Shown: positions 40,757 to 43,713 of the stretch, in pieces
Layout of the letters: the number at the start of each line of letters is the position of its first letter
Numbering within the stretch: position 1 is the first letter of the stretch
Virus record (IMG/VR): IMGVR_UViG_3300029882_000049
Length of the DNA: 43,713 bases
Source: a virus
Strand: one strand, 5' to 3'
Made by a program: the position numbers and the translations under genes
Notes under the pieces: model-generated
Seen by the model: only the letters and a program-made list of their open reading frames with translations
The model's database searches: none
Told to the model about the DNA's origin: nothing

Positions 40757-42319
40757 ATGACAACTCCTCTCACAAATCCTCTACTTTCACCAGAACATTT
40801 GGCGATGCTGGCACAACAAGCGCAGCCCTCGGCTCCCGCTATTATTCGTCCGCCGTCGAATGACCCTGCGCCTCCACCTATCGGAAATCTCGGCATGAGT
40901 TCGGGCGTGAAGATGGACGCACCTGCGCCTCCAAATATCGCGCTTCCTGCCGGAACAGAGCGAATTACTCCACAAATCAAGTCTCTTGCTGCAAGTGAAT
41001 CTGAACCAGCGCCAAAGATGGCAACCCCTCAGATGGGCGGCGGTATGCCTAAAATAAGCGCACCTACTGATACGACAACCGTGAATCGCTTACCAACGCA
41101 GACAGACATCTTGAAGACAGAGCAAGCGCGGAAGGAAAACACTGGCTCTGGCATTTCGCAGATTGCCAGTAAGATTGAAGGCACGAAGTTCGGCCAAGAC
41201 CATCCCTTCCTCGGAAAGCTCTCAGGAGGTCTCTTGCAGGGCTTGGCGACACTCGGAGACGTTGGCTTGCGTGCAGTCGCTCCTAGCGTCGATATTGCGC
41301 TTCCGGGGACATCTCTGCACCACTTGGCAGACCTGCACTCTGGCAATAAGCAAATTGCTGCGAATGAAGCTGCGCAGGAGAGTGAAGCACAGCAGCGTGA
41401 GCATGATGCGATGTCCGCGCATGAGGCGCAAGAAACGGCTGGCCTTCCGCAAGCACAGAAGGATACGCACGATGTATCGCAAGCGACCATCGGAAACCTT
41501 TCTTCAGAGGCGCGCGACCGCGATGCTGCGGCTAACAATCCAACGCTTGCGGTTGGTCACGCCCACGCGGTTCAAAAGGCCATCAATGAAGGCCGCGACC
41601 CGTCTGCTGACCCGATAGTGAAGTATTACGAAAGAGCGATGCAGGCCACGGTTCCGGGCTTCAATAAGCCAGAAGAAGCGCCCAAGACGATATCTGCCAT
41701 TCGTCCCGGTCAATCCAAGCCGCATGAGTACGCTTGGAATCCGAAGACAAAGGCATATGACATTGACGAGGGAGAACACTACGAGCGCCCCATGAGCGTG
41801 AATGTTGGTGTGCGTGAAGATAGAGCGGCAAAAACCGAGGCGCTGAAGACTTTTCAACCCGCGCTCGATTCAGCAGAGCGCATGAATGTAATGGCCGACA
41901 GTTATGAGAAGGCCATCAAAGACCACGACCAACAAGCAATGCTCAACTTGCTGGCGAACCATCTTGGCATGACAATGGGCCTTCAGAAAGGCGCACGCAT
42001 TACTCGTGACCTCTATCAAGAGGCAGCGCAGTCTACTCCGTGGCTGCAAAAGATTGGCGCTAAGTTCGACAAGGACGGCTATCTTTCAGGTGTAACGCTC
42101 AACCCTAACCAGATGCGTCAGATGGTCGATTTGGGCCGCGAAAGATATGCTGAGGACATTGGCAAAGCGCGTAGTTCGGCACGATATCTTGGTGTGCAGG
42201 ATGATGGCCCTGAGAGAATTCCGGGCGCTGCTACGATTAACTATTACGTCGGAAAAGCTAACGGCGATGCGGCAAAAGCTAAGCAGTTAGCGGCGCAAGA
42301 TGGGTGGACGGTGAAATGA
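40757..42319 (+). CDS. Internal-virion/ejection-like protein (520 aa).
   Basis: Assigned by synteny. Pro-rich N-terminus followed by a long helical region. Confidence 0.5.
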   Translation: MTTPLTNPLLSPEHLAMLAQQAQPSAPAIIRPPSNDPAPPPIGNLGMSSGVKMDAPAPPNIALPAGTERITPQIKSLAASESEPAPKMATPQMGGGMPKISAPTDTTTVNRLPTQTDILKTEQARKENTGSGISQIASKIEGTKFGQDHPFLGKLSGGLLQGLATLGDVGLRAVAPSVDIALPGTSLHHLADLHSGNKQIAANEAAQESEAQQREHDAMSAHEAQETAGLPQAQKDTHDVSQATIGNLSSEARDRDAAANNPTLAVGHAHAVQKAINEGRDPSADPIVKYYERAMQATVPGFNKPEEAPKTISAIRPGQSKPHEYAWNPKTKAYDIDEGEHYERPMSVNVGVREDRAAKTEALKTFQPALDSAERMNVMADSYEKAIKDHDQQAMLNLLANHLGMTMGLQKGARITRDLYQEAAQSTPWLQKIGAKFDKDGYLSGVTLNPNQMRQMVDLGRERYAEDIGKARSSARYLGVQDDGPERIPGAATINYYVGKANGDAAKAKQLAAQDGWTVK

Positions 42320-43485
42320 GCGCAGGCGCACAAGTAGACCCGTGGGCAGCAGCGGCGAAGAATTATAAGCCACAACAGGGGCAATCCGCGCCCATCACCA
42401 CTTCGGCCAACGATGATTGGAAGATATGGCAGGGGAGCAACGATTCTCCCGCCGAGAAAAGTGGAATCCAGAAGTTTGGCGAGTCGCTGCTGCCAAACGC
42501 GGTGATGCACCCCATCCAAAGCCTCAAAGATGATGATGCAGAATTCAAGGCGCATCCCATCAAGAGTGTCGTGGATACAATGACCGCTCCAGCGCGGGGA
42601 GTAATTAGCACGCTCAAAAATTCCAGTGATGAGCAGTTAGAAGCCGCAAGGTCGCTGACGGGGACTAGCGATAATACCCCAACACTAAAACTTCTCACTT
42701 CGGGACATCCTATCGCCGCTGCAAAGTCTGCCGTCCAAAATAGCAATCCTGCGGAGGCGGGAATTCATGCACTGAAGTCCATCCCTATTCTTGGGACGGG
42801 GATGGTTAAGGCTGCGGAACAAGCGGAAGAGACGCGCGACCCAAACGGAGGTTATGGAAGCGACCTAAAGAACGTAATTACGAATCCCGGAGCAATGGGG
42901 ACATTGACCAGCACGGCGGCGCAAGTTGCGCCTTTAGTTCTTGGAGCTACTGACGCTGCTGCACCGGGACGCATACCATTCGGGCAGATTCCGACACGCG
43001 CAAGAGCTGGAGCGCTATTCAATACAGTTTCTCAAGCAGCTCAAAATGAGCCTGTAAATCTCACCCGCAGCCAAGCCAACTTGCAGCGGATGGCAGAACT
43101 CGCAGAGCGGGGCGGAGGTACACTTCCTTCGCCCGTCAACCAGCTTCTTAATCGTTCGCAGCGTATTGCTCCGCTTACCTATCCAGAAGCTAGAGACTTT
43201 CAATCTGGACTTGGCAAGATGTCGCGTGCGGACGCCGATATGTCCGGGCCTATGGATGGGCAGTTCAAGCAGCTTCGCAGTTCACTTTTTAGTGATGTGG
43301 GCGACGCAGCCGAAAGTGTCGGACAACGTGAAGCCTACGAAAAGGCGATGAGGGATTACGCGCGAGCCTCAGCAATCCGCAATGGAGTCACGAAGGCTGC
43401 AAAATATGCTATTCCTGCGGCGGCTGGAACTGTTGGGGTTGGCGGTCTGTATCATGCTTATCACAGCCTATTTGGAGGCAATTAA
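42316..43485 (+). CDS. Internal-virion/ejection-like protein (389 aa).
   Basis: ATG at 42316 forms an ATGA overlap with the upstream stop; an alternative GTG lies at 42304. C-terminal hydrophobic segment IPAAAGTVGVGGLY. Confidence 0.5.
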   Translation: MSAGAQVDPWAAAAKNYKPQQGQSAPITTSANDDWKIWQGSNDSPAEKSGIQKFGESLLPNAVMHPIQSLKDDDAEFKAHPIKSVVDTMTAPARGVISTLKNSSDEQLEAARSLTGTSDNTPTLKLLTSGHPIAAAKSAVQNSNPAEAGIHALKSIPILGTGMVKAAEQAEETRDPNGGYGSDLKNVITNPGAMGTLTSTAAQVAPLVLGATDAAAPGRIPFGQIPTRARAGALFNTVSQAAQNEPVNLTRSQANLQRMAELAERGGGTLPSPVNQLLNRSQRIAPLTYPEARDFQSGLGKMSRADADMSGPMDGQFKQLRSSLFSDVGDAAESVGQREAYEKAMRDYARASAIRNGVTKAAKYAIPAAAGTVGVGGLYHAYHSLFGGN

Positions 43486-43713
43486 TGAAGAAAATCCTAA
43501 CACTATTGGCGCTTCTAATAGCCCTTCCCTTGTGCGCCCAGAACGTGCGCTACGACATCCCCTTCGCCAGCACAACCGGAGGCAGCGGCCAGCAGTTGCC
43601 CGTCTACGCTCTGCCCTACGCTGGGGTATCTTTCTTTTCCTGCACGGCGGGCAATTGCTCGACTCCGGCGAACACCTACAACTCAGTTTCTTCCACCTCT
43701 CCGTGTCCCACAG
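43485..43713 (+). CDS. Tail-fibre-like protein, 5' part. It continues across the circular junction into 1..1026.
   Basis: ATG overlaps the upstream stop (TAATG). The N-terminus MKKILTLLALLIALPLCAQ is signal-peptide-like. 43587-43713 duplicates 1-127. Confidence 0.6.
   Translation, partial: MKKILTLLALLIALPLCAQNVRYDIPFASTTGGSGQQLPVYALPYAGVSFFSCTAGNCSTPANTYNSVSSTSPCPT
43587..43713. repeat. Second copy of the 127-bp terminal repeat (equals 1..127).
   Basis: Direct comparison of the window ends. Confidence 0.9.

Noticed and set aside
27340-41538. Long antisense ORFs within structural genes: 27340..27948(-), 29362..30132(-), 32500..32982(-), 33458..34072(-), 36600..37289(-) and 41029..41538(-).
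   Set aside because: Each lies opposite a longer, syntenic, better-supported plus-strand gene. None has a convincing RBS or a recognisable motif.
1-43713. Search for a diversity-generating retroelement, retron, integrase/att sites, tRNA genes or toxin-antitoxin pairs that might explain the repeat gene or the gap.
   Set aside because: No reverse-transcriptase-like (YxDD), recombinase-like or PIN/RelE-like ORF was recognised, and no cloverleaf-like tRNA sequence was seen. No template-repeat copy of the 15-mer array exists elsewhere in the window.

Overview
The window is a complete, circularly closed genome of a tailed bacteriophage. Bases 1-127 are identical to 43587-43713, so the unique length is 43,586 bp, and one ORF reads in frame across the junction. 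Module order is podovirus-like (T7/P22 style). Two transcription arms diverge from a back-to-back promoter pair at about 18.10-18.19 kb and converge at about 6.54-6.64 kb. The leftward (minus) early arm runs 18063 to 6637. It encodes a ParB-like protein, an ultra-regular pentapeptide-repeat protein, an Erf/YqaJ recombination module, a KTSC protein, an SF2 helicase, a DUF433-like protein, a VRR-NUC nuclease, an HNH nuclease and many micro-ORFs chained by ATGA/GTGA overlaps. The rightward (plus) arm runs from 18198 across the junction to 6537. It encodes an XRE-type HTH protein, a J-domain protein, small and large terminase, portal, scaffold, major capsid, a 1276-aa tail protein, three internal-virion-like proteins, two fibre/spike proteins and a lysis cassette with a GH108-like endolysin. 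I saw no integrase, DNA polymerase, primase, reverse transcriptase, tRNA or CRISPR array. The strongest oddity is the early gene at 15890-16672, whose core is 27 near-identical 15-bp units encoding A(D/N/Y)L(R/Y)(G/S). Variation is confined to 4 nucleotide positions, all on predicted outward-facing residues, and the gene is translationally coupled to a 44-aa membrane micro-protein. Other points worth a second look are listed below.
- A structure-rich 520-bp non-coding gap at 10742-11259.
- A twin-promoter switch with an apparently leaderless HTH gene.
- Homologous signal-peptide-like N-termini on both fibre/spike proteins.
- A His/Met-rich acidic protein in the head module.
- An orphan antitoxin-like DUF433 gene.
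All family assignments come from motif recognition by eye and need HMM confirmation.
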